Source: Myxococcota bacterium (GTDB taxonomy: Bacteria > Myxococcota > JACRCW01). From it: a stretch of DNA of 48,640 bases. The translations under genes and the position numbers were made by a program. A model generated the notes under the pieces. That model was not told the DNA's origin and made no database searches. It saw nothing but the letters and a program-made list of their open reading frames with translations. Positions 1 through 11,971 of this stretch are shown in pieces. Location of the stretch: contig JBFMGU010000052.1 of the NCBI GenBank assembly GCA_040752415.1, positions 1 to 48,640 of the forward strand, in the 5' to 3' direction. Every line of letters begins with the position of its first letter. The stretch's first letter is position 1.

Positions 1-2
1 CC

Positions 3-1073
3 ACACCCACCACCGCGCCCCCGCGCCCAACCGCGCGAAAAGACCTCGAAGCGGGGCTCACCGCCTTCGCGGTTGCGCCCAACAAGCTGCGCGGCGCAAG
101 CATTTTCGGCAGCGGGGTCTACTTCGGGAAGAAGGATGTGATCGTGATGGCGTGCATGCCCACGTCGGACGAGGGGCGCGCCATTGAGTCGGACCTGAGG
201 TGGGCCGTGGCCAACGCGCTGGTGCGCAGCGTGTACACGCGGAACGTCATCAACCTTGAGGTGAAGGGCCTGCAGGGCTGCCCGGACACGGGTGAGATCA
301 TTGCCGCGGCGGAACGGGAAAACGCGGACTACGTGGTCCTCGTCGAGCTGCTGGAGAGGAAGTACGACAACGGGCCCCACGTCCCCGTCCGCATCCGCCT
401 CCTCGACGGCGACGGCGACACCAAGAACGAATGCCGACCCGACGGATTCGTGGTTGCGGGCTATGGCGACTCCAACCGCGTGCGTGAGGCGCGTGCCCGG
501 ATGCGCTTCTACCGGATGGCGTGGTCCAAGGACTGGGAGGTCAGCACCGTGGCGTTCTACAGCCGGAGCGGCACCAACTACGTCACCACGCGCACACCCG
601 TGGTGCGCAATGAGCTGAACGAGGAGGTGACCGTCGCGGACATCGCGGAGATGCGCGGCATGGAGCCCATCCGCGAGAAGGCCTTCCGCGTGCGCACCGG
701 TGACCAGGTGCTCTCGTGGCTCAGCATTGGACGGTGGATTTCCTGCGCCGCGGTGCCGCCCGCGGGAGCGTGCCTGGGCGCAGCCGCGCTGGCGCCGCTG
801 GGTCTCCTGTACGGCTCGCTGGGCGGCGTGAACTACATCCCGTTCTACCTGTTCTTCGCGCTGGTGGGCGGCGGGCTGGCCGGTCTGGCCGCGGGCAGCG
901 TCACCGGTGGCGTGTCATTCTGCGGCCTCACCGCCGCGCAGGACGCGCTGAGCATTGCGATGCGGTTCGTCCGGGAGAACTTCGTCGACGAGGCCGTGAA
1001 CCTGCACAACCGCGGCCTGGCCGAGGAGTACGGCGTCCAGGAGAAGGACGTGGAGGAGGAGTACTTCCCGTGA
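3..1073 (+). CDS. Hypothetical membrane protein, 5'-truncated by the window edge
   Basis: The frame of ORF 138..1073 stays open back to position 3 (TPTTAPPRPTARKDLEAG...). It has GC-rich third codon positions and a Gly/Ala/Leu-rich hydrophobic C-terminal segment (ACLGAAALAPLGLLYG...YLFFALVGGGLAGLAAG). Confidence 0.65.
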   Translation, partial: TPTTAPPRPTARKDLEAGLTAFAVAPNKLRGASIFGSGVYFGKKDVIVMACMPTSDEGRAIESDLRWAVANALVRSVYTRNVINLEVKGLQGCPDTGEIIAAAERENADYVVLVELLERKYDNGPHVPVRIRLLDGDGDTKNECRPDGFVVAGYGDSNRVREARARMRFYRMAWSKDWEVSTVAFYSRSGTNYVTTRTPVVRNELNEEVTVADIAEMRGMEPIREKAFRVRTGDQVLSWLSIGRWISCAAVPPAGACLGAAALAPLGLLYGSLGGVNYIPFYLFFALVGGGLAGLAAGSVTGGVSFCGLTAAQDALSIAMRFVRENFVDEAVNLHNRGLAEEYGVQEKDVEEEYFP

Positions 1074-1094
1074 CGCCGCGACCTGATGGGGTGT

Positions 1095-1186
1095 TCCCAA
1101 AAGGGAGTGAGAAGCCAGAAGACGTGCCGCTACGACGGGTCAGCGCCTTCCGACTTCCGTATTCTGACTTCTGACTTCCTTTGGGA
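1095..1186. repeat. Imperfect inverted repeat built from heptamers, between convergent genes; possible bidirectional terminator or small repeat element
   Basis: Left arm 1095-1120 TCCCAAAAGGGAGTGAGAAGCCAGAA pairs with right arm 1162-1186 TTCTGACTTCTGACTTCCTTTGGGA. Heptamers TTCCGAC/TTCCGTA/TTCTGAC/TTCTGAC run 1148-1175. Confidence 0.55.
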
Positions 1187-1200
1187 TTCCCGCCACCCCT

Positions 1201-2451
1201 TCAGTACAGGATGCGCGTCTTGATGCTGGTGCTCAACGACGCCACGGCCTTGCGCACGTCATTGGACACATCCTGGTCCAGGTCCATGATCAGGTAGCCG
1301 ATGTTCGGGTCCGTGCTCAGCACCTGGCTATGGATGTTCGCATTCAGGTCACTGACAATGCGGTTGATGTCCTTCAGCACGCCAGGAACGTTGCGGTGCA
1401 CGTTGAGGATGCGGTGCTTCCCCGGAGCCTGCGGCAGCTCCACGATGGGGAAATTCACCGACCCCGTCGTGGCGCCGGCGTTCATGTACTTGATGAGCGC
1501 GGCGGACACCTCCTTGCCAATGGCCGCCTGCGCCTCCTCCGTGCTGCCGCCAATGTGCGGCGTCATGATCACGTTGGGCAGCCCCTGCAGGTCCACCCTG
1601 AACTCCTTGGTGTGACCTTCCGGTTCCGTCGGGAACACGTCAATGGCCGCGCCCGCCAGGTGACCCGTCTTGAGCGCCTCCACCAACGCCGGGATCACCA
1701 CCACCGTCCCGCGACTCGCGTTCAGCAGGTAGGCACCCTTCTTCATCGCCTGCAGCTCGGCACCGCCGATCATGTTCTTCGTCTGCGGCGTCTCCGGCAC
1801 GTGCATGGTGACGAAGTCCGCTTCCTGCAGCAGCTCACGCAGCGTGTTGCGAGGCTGCGCGTTGCCCAGCGGGAGCTTCGCCATGATGTCGTAGAAGATG
1901 ACGCGCATGCCCAGCGCTTCCGCCAGCACGCCAATCTGCGTCCCGATGTGCCCGTACCCCACGATGCCCAGCGTCTTCCCGCGCACCTCGTAGCAATTCG
2001 CGGACACCTTCTTCCACTCGCCCTTGTGCACCTCCTGCACGCGGTCGCCCAGCTGGCGCGCCAGCATGACAATCTCGGCCAGGATCATCTCCGCCACGCT
2101 GCGCGTGTTGGAGAACGGCGCGTTGAAGACGGGGATGCCGCGCGTGTTGGCGTCGTCGAGGGCGATCTGGTTGGTGCCAATGCAGAACGCGCCCAGGCTG
2201 ATGAGCCGCTTGGCCTCCGCCAGCACCGCCGGGGTCACCTGCGTCTTGCTGCGGATGCCCAGCAGGTGCACGTCGGCAACCTTCTTCTTGAGCTCGTCTT
2301 CCTTGAGGGCGGTCTTGACCTGCTCCACCTGGAAGCCCTCCACGCGGAAGGCCTCCACGGCGGTGAGGTTGATGTTCTCGAGGAGCAGGACCTTGATCTG
2401 GTCCTTGGGAAATGAAGTGGGCGGCATGCCGCCGCCGGCAGTCTGCGTCAT
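1201..2451 (-). CDS. serA: D-3-phosphoglycerate dehydrogenase with C-terminal ACT domain
   Basis: GIRSKT, GAFCIGTNQ, NAPFSNTRSVAE, Rossmann GIVGYGHIG, NASRG, TPHIGGST and ACT-like HRNVPGVL match E. coli-type SerA. ATG at 2451 preferred over TTG at 2463. Confidence 0.95.
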   Translation of the reverse strand: MTQTAGGGMPPTSFPKDQIKVLLLENINLTAVEAFRVEGFQVEQVKTALKEDELKKKVADVHLLGIRSKTQVTPAVLAEAKRLISLGAFCIGTNQIALDDANTRGIPVFNAPFSNTRSVAEMILAEIVMLARQLGDRVQEVHKGEWKKVSANCYEVRGKTLGIVGYGHIGTQIGVLAEALGMRVIFYDIMAKLPLGNAQPRNTLRELLQEADFVTMHVPETPQTKNMIGGAELQAMKKGAYLLNASRGTVVVIPALVEALKTGHLAGAAIDVFPTEPEGHTKEFRVDLQGLPNVIMTPHIGGSTEEAQAAIGKEVSAALIKYMNAGATTGSVNFPIVELPQAPGKHRILNVHRNVPGVLKDINRIVSDLNANIHSQVLSTDPNIGYLIMDLDQDVSNDVRKAVASLSTSIKTRILY

Positions 2452-2492
2452 GACAAGGCTCAATCTATGGTGGGGGTGCTTCTCGTCGGGAA

Positions 2493-3629
2493 TCAGGGGC
2501 GCTCGAGCAGGACGCGCTGTGCGGCAGCCACGCCCTTGCCCAGCTCCACCGGGTACTTCAGGTCCGCGCAGGCCATCTCCACCGCCGCGGTGACGGTGAG
2601 GATGTCCAGGTCGTCGTAGTAGCCCAGGTGCGCAATGCGGAAGATCTTGCCCTTCACGTGATCCTGACCGCCAGCAATGGTCATGTTGTACTTGTCGCGC
2701 AACGCCTTGTAGATGGCCTCTCCGTCGCAGCCGCTGGGCACCGCCACCGACGTGATGGACTGCGCCGGCGTCTCCGCGAACACGCCCATGCCCAGCGCCT
2801 GCACCGCCGCACGCGTGGCGCGCGCCATCCGCTCATGACGGGCAAACACGTTCTGCAGCCCTTCCTCCTTCATCATCTTGAGGCTCTCGGCCAAGCCAAT
2901 GACGAGGGAGACCGCGGGCGTGAACGCCGTCTGGTTCTTCTTCTGGTTGTCCCGCTCCCGACGGAGATCGAAGTAGAAGCGCGGGTTCTTCGCCGTCTCC
3001 ATGGCCTTCCAGGCCTTGTCGCTGACGGAGAGGAACGCCAGGCCGGGCGGCAGCATGAGCGCCTTCTGGGAACCGGTCACCAGCACGTCAATGCCCAGCT
3101 CGTCGGTGGGGATGGACCACACGCCCAGCGCGGTGATGGCGTCGACGAAGAGCAGCGTGTCCTTCCCCTTCACCAGCTTGGCCGCCTCCTCCACGGGCTG
3201 GCGCACACCGGTGCTGCTCTCGGAGGCCACGATGAACAGCGCCTTGGCGCCGGGGTTCTTGTCCAGCGCGGCCTTGATGTCCGCCACCGGCGTGGTCTTG
3301 CCCCACTCCGTCTTCACCTCCACGACGTTGCAGCCATACGCCTTGGCCATCTTGGCCCAGCGCTCACCGAACTTTCCGTTGGTGACGGCGACGACGGTGT
3401 CCGTGGGCGAGAGGAAGCTGGCAATGGCGCTCTCGAAGGCGCCGGTGCCGCTGGAGGCCAGCATGAGGACGTCGTTCTTGGTCTGGTAGAGCCACTGCAG
3501 GCCCACGCGGCACTCCTCGAACACCTTCTCGAAGGCGGGCGTGCGGTGGTGCAGCATGGGCTGGGCCATGGCCAGCAGCACGCGCTCGGGGACGGGAGTG
3601 GGACCGGGAGACAGGAGGCGGTACTTCAT
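2493..3629 (-). CDS. Class V PLP-dependent aminotransferase (serine-pyruvate/alanine-glyoxylate family), possibly acting as phosphoserine aminotransferase
   Basis: LSPGPTP, HHRT, SSGTGAFE, SESSTGV, VDAIT, PLP lysine in GSQKAL, FRIAHLG. ATG at 3629 follows a GAGGA Shine-Dalgarno-like sequence. Confidence 0.9.
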   Translation of the reverse strand: MKYRLLSPGPTPVPERVLLAMAQPMLHHRTPAFEKVFEECRVGLQWLYQTKNDVLMLASSGTGAFESAIASFLSPTDTVVAVTNGKFGERWAKMAKAYGCNVVEVKTEWGKTTPVADIKAALDKNPGAKALFIVASESSTGVRQPVEEAAKLVKGKDTLLFVDAITALGVWSIPTDELGIDVLVTGSQKALMLPPGLAFLSVSDKAWKAMETAKNPRFYFDLRRERDNQKKNQTAFTPAVSLVIGLAESLKMMKEEGLQNVFARHERMARATRAAVQALGMGVFAETPAQSITSVAVPSGCDGEAIYKALRDKYNMTIAGGQDHVKGKIFRIAHLGYYDDLDILTVTAAVEMACADLKYPVELGKGVAAAQRVLLERP

Positions 3630-3750
3630 GGTCTCTATCCTCTGTGGGCTGGCCACCATTGGCCGAGAAGGCCGCGGAACATACCCAAGTGCGCGGATAA
3701 GACCAGCCCTCCGTGCCACCCTGCCTCGCCAACGTCGGTTGCCGCCCTCC

Positions 3751-5160
3751 ATGACGACGTCACTCCGCTCTCTCCTGCTCCCCCTGGCGCTGCTCCCCCT
3801 GCTGGCCCCCGCAACGCAGTCCCCGGATGAAGCCCTGGTGCTGGAGGCGCGCGGCTACCTGGAGCGCATGGTCTCCCTGGACACGCGCAATCCCCCCGGC
3901 AACGAGCTGAAACTGGTCACCGAGGTGGCGCAACACCTCAAGCGCCAGGGTGTGTATGCGCAGGTGCATCCCAGCGCGCCGGGTCGCGGGAACATGGTGG
4001 CGCGCCTTTCCCCCGACGGAGAGCCCGCCGCGGGACCGCTGGTGCTCCTGGCGCACGTGGACGTGGTTCCGTTCAATGAGAAGCGCTGGAAGACGCCGCC
4101 GCTGACGGTGACCGAGAAGGACGGCGTGCTGTTTGGTCGCGGCGTTTCCGACGACAAGGGCATGGCCGCGGCCAGCGTGGCGGTGATGCTGGACCTGCAT
4201 CGACGCGGCGCGAAGTTGCGTCGGGAGGTGAGCCTGGTGCTGACCGCCGACGAGGAGGCCAGTGGTGAGGCCGGCCTGGAACGCGTCATGGATGCGCTCC
4301 CGGACCTGGGCGCCGGAGGCGTGGTGCTGACGGAAGGCGGGCACGTGGAGCGGGGCTCCGACGACGTGGTGCGCTATGTGGGCCTGCAGCGCGCGCAGAA
4401 GCGGTCCATGACCATCAAGCTGGTGGCGTACGGTGAAGGCGGACACAGCTCACAACCGCCGAAGGATCTCGCCGTGGCGCGTCTGGCGCGGGCCATCCAG
4501 CGCGTGAGTGAACACCGCTTCCCGGTGCGTTTCTCGACGGAGACGCGGGAGATGTTCACCGCGCTGGCCAACGCGTCGAGCCTGCCGGAGGCCGAGCTGG
4601 TGAAGGAGGTGGCCCGGGGACCGGAGTCACCGGGATTCCAGGCCGCGGCGGACAAGCTCTCCGACGACCCCTTCTTCCACGCCATGCTCCGCACCACCTG
4701 CGTGGTGACCATGCTGGAAGCGTCCGACAAGGCCAACGTCGTGGCGTCGACGGCAACGGCCACGTTGAATTGTCGGCTGGCCGCGCCGGATGAGCCGCAC
4801 CAGATCGCGTGGCAGATGGTCGACATCGTGAAGGACCCGCGCGTGGTGATTGAGCGGGGCAAGAGCTGGGAGCCGCCGCCGGCCAGCGCCGTGGGCGGGG
4901 AGGTGTTTGACGTCGTCACGGCGGTGGCGTCGCGACGCTGGCCCGGCGCTCCCGTGGTGCCATTTGTCTCCATGGGCGGCACCGACGCGTGGACCTTCCG
5001 TGCGCGCGGCATCCCCGCCTACGGCTTCCTTCCCTTCCCCATGACCCGCGACGAGCTCCGCGCCATGCACGGCGACGACGAGCGGATGAAGGTCTCCGCG
5101 TTCGCCACGGGGACCCTTGCGCTGCGGGACGTGGTGGAGGCCCTCGCGGTGCGCCAGTGA
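3751..5160 (+). CDS. Secreted M20/M25/M40 family metallopeptidase/hydrolase
   Basis: Signal-peptide-like start (MTTSLRSLLLPLALLPLLAPA) and metal-site motifs AHVDVV, GRGVSDDKG, ADEE, TEGG, GGTDA, MHGDDE. Confidence 0.88.
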   Translation: MTTSLRSLLLPLALLPLLAPATQSPDEALVLEARGYLERMVSLDTRNPPGNELKLVTEVAQHLKRQGVYAQVHPSAPGRGNMVARLSPDGEPAAGPLVLLAHVDVVPFNEKRWKTPPLTVTEKDGVLFGRGVSDDKGMAAASVAVMLDLHRRGAKLRREVSLVLTADEEASGEAGLERVMDALPDLGAGGVVLTEGGHVERGSDDVVRYVGLQRAQKRSMTIKLVAYGEGGHSSQPPKDLAVARLARAIQRVSEHRFPVRFSTETREMFTALANASSLPEAELVKEVARGPESPGFQAAADKLSDDPFFHAMLRTTCVVTMLEASDKANVVASTATATLNCRLAAPDEPHQIAWQMVDIVKDPRVVIERGKSWEPPPASAVGGEVFDVVTAVASRRWPGAPVVPFVSMGGTDAWTFRARGIPAYGFLPFPMTRDELRAMHGDDERMKVSAFATGTLALRDVVEALAVRQ

Positions 5161-5189
5161 CCCCGGCCCCTCGACGCTGAGTCCGCGGG

Positions 5190-5198
5190 TGCTAAGCT
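5190..5198 (+). promoter_or_regulatory. Putative extended -10 promoter element
   Basis: TGcTAAGCT ends 7 nt before the GTG at 5206, with no Shine-Dalgarno in between. Confidence 0.4.
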
Positions 5199-5205
5199 CC
5201 ATGAT

Positions 5206-6720
5206 GTGCGAAGGCTGTTTCCCTTCCTGACCGCCGTCCTCGTCGTGAGCGGTTGCCCCGTGGGCACAACGTACGTTTGCGAGAACGCGGGGGACTGCGG
5301 ACCGGGCTATGCCTGCGTGGACCGCGTGTGCGCGCAGACCTGCCAGACCGACGGAGACTGCACGGAAGGGACCTGCAACCCCGACACCGGCACGTGCTCA
5401 GCACGGACCACCGCCACCATCTCCGACGCTGGCGTCGCACCAGGTTCCTCCAGCTCCAGCGGTTTTGCTTCCAGCGCGTCTTCCGCGTCCTCGACGTCGA
5501 GCAGCTCGTCGGCCAGCAGCGCGGGGTCCGGGTCCTCGAGCAGCTCAACGAGCGCGACCCTCAGCACCTCCAGCTCTGCCGTTGCGTCTTCGTCTTCCGC
5601 CAGCAGCTCCACGTCGTCATCCGGCGGAATGACCACGTCATCATCGAGCAGCGCAAGCTCGTCCGCGCTCACCACGTCAACCGCGGCCACGTCGACCTCC
5701 TCGTCCTCGAGCTCGTCGGCGACTTCCGGCGCCACCTCGGCGTCCAGCTCCTCGGCCTCCGCGACGTCCTCGTCTTCAACCTCGTCGTCGTCGAGCTCGT
5801 CCTCCAGCTCTTCCTCGTCCTCCTCCAGCTCTTCCTCGTCCTCCTCCAGCTCTTCCTCGTCGTCCTCCAGCTCTTCCTCCTCGTCGTCTTCGTCTTCATC
5901 ATCCAGCGGCGGCCCGGCGCCGTGCGGGGCAAGTTGCGTGGCGGCGGGAGGAACGTGCAGCCAGGAGGGCGTGTGCCAGTTCAACTGCACCGGCGTCTCC
6001 TCCTGCACCCAGCCCATCCAGTGTCCCGCCGGCGTCCCCTGCGACGTCCAGTGCGGCTACTACGCGTGCACCGCGGCCATCGACTGCAGCAACGCGTACT
6101 CGTGCAACATCGTCTGCGGCGACCAGGCGTGCCGCGCGCCGGTCACCTGTGCCGGAGAGCGCTGCGACGTCTCCTGCAGCGGATCTCCTTCGTGTCTGAG
6201 CAACGTCACCTGCAACGCGCGCGTGTGTGACCTCAAGTGCAGCAACACGGCATCCTGCCTGGGACCGCTGAGCTGCAGTGGTGACAGCTGCACCTTGGCG
6301 TGTGCCTACGCGTCGTGCGCTGGCGGAGCGTCGTGCACGGCGGATTCCTGCGTCGTCGACTGTTCCGCCAGCGGGAGCTGCGGCGGCGCGATGACGTGCA
6401 GCGGCGGGGACTGCGTGTACACGTGTGGCTTCAATGCCTGCAACTCGGTGAACTGCTCCCAGTCCGCGCGGTCATGCAGTGTCAACTGCGCGGGCGAGTA
6501 CTCCTGCTACGAGGGCGTGCTGTGCGGACCCGGCTCCTGCGACGTCACCTGCGGCGGCTTCCGGTCCTGCCACCAGTCCATGGACTGCAGCGACTCGTGC
6601 GCCTGCGACGTGACCTGCTCCGCGGGCGCCTGCAACTCCGGCGTGTCCTGCCCGGAGGGCTGCGGCGGCGACAGCACGGGCTGCACCGGCAGGGGCGACT
6701 GCAACACCTGTCAGCCCTGA
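5206..6720 (+). CDS. Cys-rich lipoprotein with poly-Ser linker and ~21-aa 4-Cys repeats
   Basis: Lipobox VSGC, N-terminal Cys module, ~150-aa Ser/Thr/Ala linker, then about 11 repeats such as CSGSPSCLSNVTCNARVCDLK. Confidence 0.8.
   Translation: MRRLFPFLTAVLVVSGCPVGTTYVCENAGDCGPGYACVDRVCAQTCQTDGDCTEGTCNPDTGTCSARTTATISDAGVAPGSSSSSGFASSASSASSTSSSSSASSAGSGSSSSSTSATLSTSSSAVASSSSASSSTSSSGGMTTSSSSSASSSALTTSTAATSTSSSSSSSATSGATSASSSSASATSSSSTSSSSSSSSSSSSSSSSSSSSSSSSSSSSSSSSSSSSSSSSSSGGPAPCGASCVAAGGTCSQEGVCQFNCTGVSSCTQPIQCPAGVPCDVQCGYYACTAAIDCSNAYSCNIVCGDQACRAPVTCAGERCDVSCSGSPSCLSNVTCNARVCDLKCSNTASCLGPLSCSGDSCTLACAYASCAGGASCTADSCVVDCSASGSCGGAMTCSGGDCVYTCGFNACNSVNCSQSARSCSVNCAGEYSCYEGVLCGPGSCDVTCGGFRSCHQSMDCSDSCACDVTCSAGACNSGVSCPEGCGGDSTGCTGRGDCNTCQP
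5797..5880 (+). repeat. 4 x 21-nt tandem repeat encoding poly-Ser
   Basis: TCSTCCTCCAGCTCTTCCTCS units start at 5797, 5818, 5839 and 5860. Confidence 0.85.
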
Positions 6721-6723
6721 GCC

Positions 6724-9615
<2,892 letters not shown>

Positions 9616-11106
9616 TCAGTTGGGGGGCAGGTCCTTGCTGCTGTCGTAGACCACGGCGCCAAGCTGCTTCTCGGTGGCGGAAGCGCCCTGGCGGGCTTCT
9701 GTCAGCGCGGCGGCCTCGCGCGCAAGCTCGGGGAATCTCCAGCGCGCGCGGCCATCATCCGTCACCTCCAGGTCACCGCCCAGCTTGAGGAGCAGCTGGT
9801 CCAACGCCTTCTCCTCGGGCTTCTCACCGGCGCCGTTCTCGTAGGCACGGGCCAGGCGCTCCGGCGGGTGGTGGGCAACGGGGTCGCGGGTGATGAGCTG
9901 GAGCAGCGCGCGCTTGCCGTTCTCCCACTTGGCCTTGGCCACGTCCTTGAGTCGCGCCACCGCCCGCCCCGCAGGCAGCGCGAAGATCGAGAGCGAGTAC
10001 GCGAACGGAATCCAGCCCAGGAAGATGGCCGGCCCGGTGTCGCCGATGCGCTCGATGGGGATGCCCTGCAGGATGGCGTTGATCTTGGCAAGGGTGAGGT
10101 CGGAGGCAATGGCAAAGCCGCTGGCGACGAGGTTGAACCCGTTCAGCGCGGCAATGGTGAGGTTGGAGCCGGCGGTGTTGTCGCCGGTGAGGGGCGCCAC
10201 GCGCACGGGCAGCTCCCAGCTCATGGGCACGGTGGCGGGCAGCGCCTTCTCGTCGACGGTCTTGCGCAGGTCCTTGAAGATGTAGAACACCGCGCCGGCT
10301 TCACTCACCTCGATCTCGCCCTCGTAGTCGACGAGCAGGCGGGTGATGAGCCGCTCCGCCTCGTCGTGGGTGAGACCGGTGACCGCCATGACGTCCGCCA
10401 TGCCAATGCGACCATGCCGTTGCCGGATGATGGCAAGGACGCGCTTCTCGTCCTCGAGGGGATCCGCCGGCTTGCCCTCCGGGCCGAAGATGAACTGGAA
10501 GACGCGCTCATACAGGCGCTTCCTGGGCTTGCGGTCCTGCGGACGGATGCGACCGGCGGCCATCTCCTCGTAATCACGGATGGCGCGGTAGTGGAACGTG
10601 GCCCAGATGGCGTCGCCGACGAGGTCGGTGATGACGCGCCACATGAGGTAGTCGCCAAAGGTGAAGCCGCGGTCGTCGTCACGGTCGTCGCTGCTGCGGC
10701 CGGCCAGGGCGGCCAGCGTCATGCCGATGATGATGGCGACGAAGATGGCGGTGTAGAAGATGATCGCCGCGAGGATCCAGACCTTGATGGCCACCTTGGC
10801 CACGGCCCACAGGCTCTTGCCCACGCGGGCGAGCCACTCCTGCATGGTCTCCTTGGTCTTCCACGGCTTGGTGAAACCGGTGGGGAAGTGGAAGATCAGG
10901 TCGCCACCCTCGGTGACCTTGAGGTGACCGCGGTACTCGGCCAGCGCCCACTGCAGTCCCTTCTCGGCGTCCCGCAACGCCAGGCCGGTCTTGGCCGAAG
11001 CGTCGGCCACGGTGACGTCCCGGATGGACGCACCCAGTTTCTCGACCAGCGTGTCCGCGACCTTCTGGGCTTCCAGGACCCTGGGTCGCGCAAGCGCTTC
11101 ACTCAT
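9616..11106 (-). CDS. Uncharacterised membrane protein with three winged-helix-like repeats; resembles the At5g03900-like family from plants and cyanobacteria
   Basis: The motif GxxxVxxxGxxx(F/Y/W)xF occurs three times, there are hydrophobic TM segments, and the stop codon abuts the uvrA GTG. Family resemblance is from memory (VTVAD..., VFQFIFG). Confidence 0.7.
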   Translation of the reverse strand: MSEALARPRVLEAQKVADTLVEKLGASIRDVTVADASAKTGLALRDAEKGLQWALAEYRGHLKVTEGGDLIFHFPTGFTKPWKTKETMQEWLARVGKSLWAVAKVAIKVWILAAIIFYTAIFVAIIIGMTLAALAGRSSDDRDDDRGFTFGDYLMWRVITDLVGDAIWATFHYRAIRDYEEMAAGRIRPQDRKPRKRLYERVFQFIFGPEGKPADPLEDEKRVLAIIRQRHGRIGMADVMAVTGLTHDEAERLITRLLVDYEGEIEVSEAGAVFYIFKDLRKTVDEKALPATVPMSWELPVRVAPLTGDNTAGSNLTIAALNGFNLVASGFAIASDLTLAKINAILQGIPIERIGDTGPAIFLGWIPFAYSLSIFALPAGRAVARLKDVAKAKWENGKRALLQLITRDPVAHHPPERLARAYENGAGEKPEEKALDQLLLKLGGDLEVTDDGRARWRFPELAREAAALTEARQGASATEKQLGAVVYDSSKDLPPN

Positions 11107-11136
11107 TGGCCATCCCTCATGGCCCCAACGGGGGCC

Positions 11137-11153
11137 CTGCGCACCTGTTCAGG
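11137..11153. promoter_or_regulatory. Putative LexA (SOS) box, Myxococcus type
   Basis: CTGCGCACCTGTTCAGG matches the M. xanthus consensus CTRHAMRYBYGTTCAGS at 16 of 17 positions. It lies 30 nt upstream of the gene whose stop abuts uvrA. Confidence 0.65.
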
Positions 11154-11303
11154 CCGGCCCGCAGCCATACCGCCATGTCGGGCTCGGCGCCACCGTCCTC
11201 CAGATAGGAATGTTCCGCCGCAGGCGCCAGCCGGGGCGGAGCTTGGGGGGAGCCCCAGGATGGGTGGCGGGAATTGGATGCAGAGGCGGCCGCGCCGGAG
11301 CGG

Positions 11304-11732
11304 TCAGAGCGGGTTGCGGACGCGGATGATGGGGAACCGGCTGAAGTCCCGGTCTGCGCTCAGCAGCTCGGTGACTCCGTGCAACTTGACCAGCGCCGCG
11401 ACGCGTGCGTCGTGAACCTGCGGCCCGACAATGTGCTGCCTCAAGACCAGCTCCGTCAGGATTTCCACGTAGCCAGGTCCCTCACCCAGGAGCACCAGGG
11501 TTGGCGATTCCAGCCACGCGCGCACCTGGGCGAAAGCCTTCTCACCCGACGTGGGAGTCCTGAAGATTCGGGGGTTGGTCACCACCGACAGGAATTCGTG
11601 CAGGCATGGCCAGGGGATGGCCCATGGCGCCAGAGACTCGGCGAGGTCGCGCACGACCTGCGCAGCCCGTTGATGAAAGGGGCTCTCGGCGCGGTGGGCG
11701 TAGACGAGGATGTTGGTGTCCAGGGCGATCAA
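11304..11732 (-). CDS. vapC: VapC family PIN-domain toxin
   Basis: ALDTNILVYA, CLHEF, HDARVAA and SADRDF supply the PIN acidic residues. 142 aa, overlapping the antitoxin stop by 4 nt. Confidence 0.9.
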   Translation of the reverse strand: MIALDTNILVYAHRAESPFHQRAAQVVRDLAESLAPWAIPWPCLHEFLSVVTNPRIFRTPTSGEKAFAQVRAWLESPTLVLLGEGPGYVEILTELVLRQHIVGPQVHDARVAALVKLHGVTELLSADRDFSRFPIIRVRNPL

Positions 11733-11971
11733 GACCCGCGCCCCGCGTAGATCTCGTCGCGCACCCGCTCCCAGTCCAGCCGGTCACCGCCACCGACCAG
11801 TCCGTCTCCACGGAACGACTCATCCCGCAGCTTGAACTTCCGACCCGCATCCTCAGCAAGCAACCGTCGCAGCCCCTCCTCGACCAGCGACTTGAAGGAG
11901 GTGCCGCGACGACGTGCGAGCCGTCTTGCGCGCTCGAACAAGCTGTCGGGAATCTCGATGCTGGTTCTCAT
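11729..11971 (-). CDS. vapB: VapB-type ribbon-helix-helix antitoxin
   Basis: 80 aa with RHH pattern MRTSIEIPDSLFERARRLARRRGTSFKSLVEEGLR, directly upstream of the PIN gene. Confidence 0.85.
   Translation of the reverse strand: MRTSIEIPDSLFERARRLARRRGTSFKSLVEEGLRRLLAEDAGRKFKLRDESFRGDGLVGGGDRLDWERVRDEIYAGRGS

Noticed and set aside
5307..6017. Highly acidic Glu/Asp ORF on the minus strand (likewise 44278..44730)
   Set aside because: Reverse complement of poly-Ser codons in the lipoprotein linkers.
11262..11274. GGGTGGCGGGAAT, reverse complement of 1186-1198, both copies intergenic
   Set aside because: Only 13 nt, two copies and GC-rich, which is too little to call a REP family without a genome-wide search.
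11304..11971. vapBC as a marker of a mobile element or defence island
   Set aside because: No transposase, integrase, terminal repeats or other defence genes flank it.
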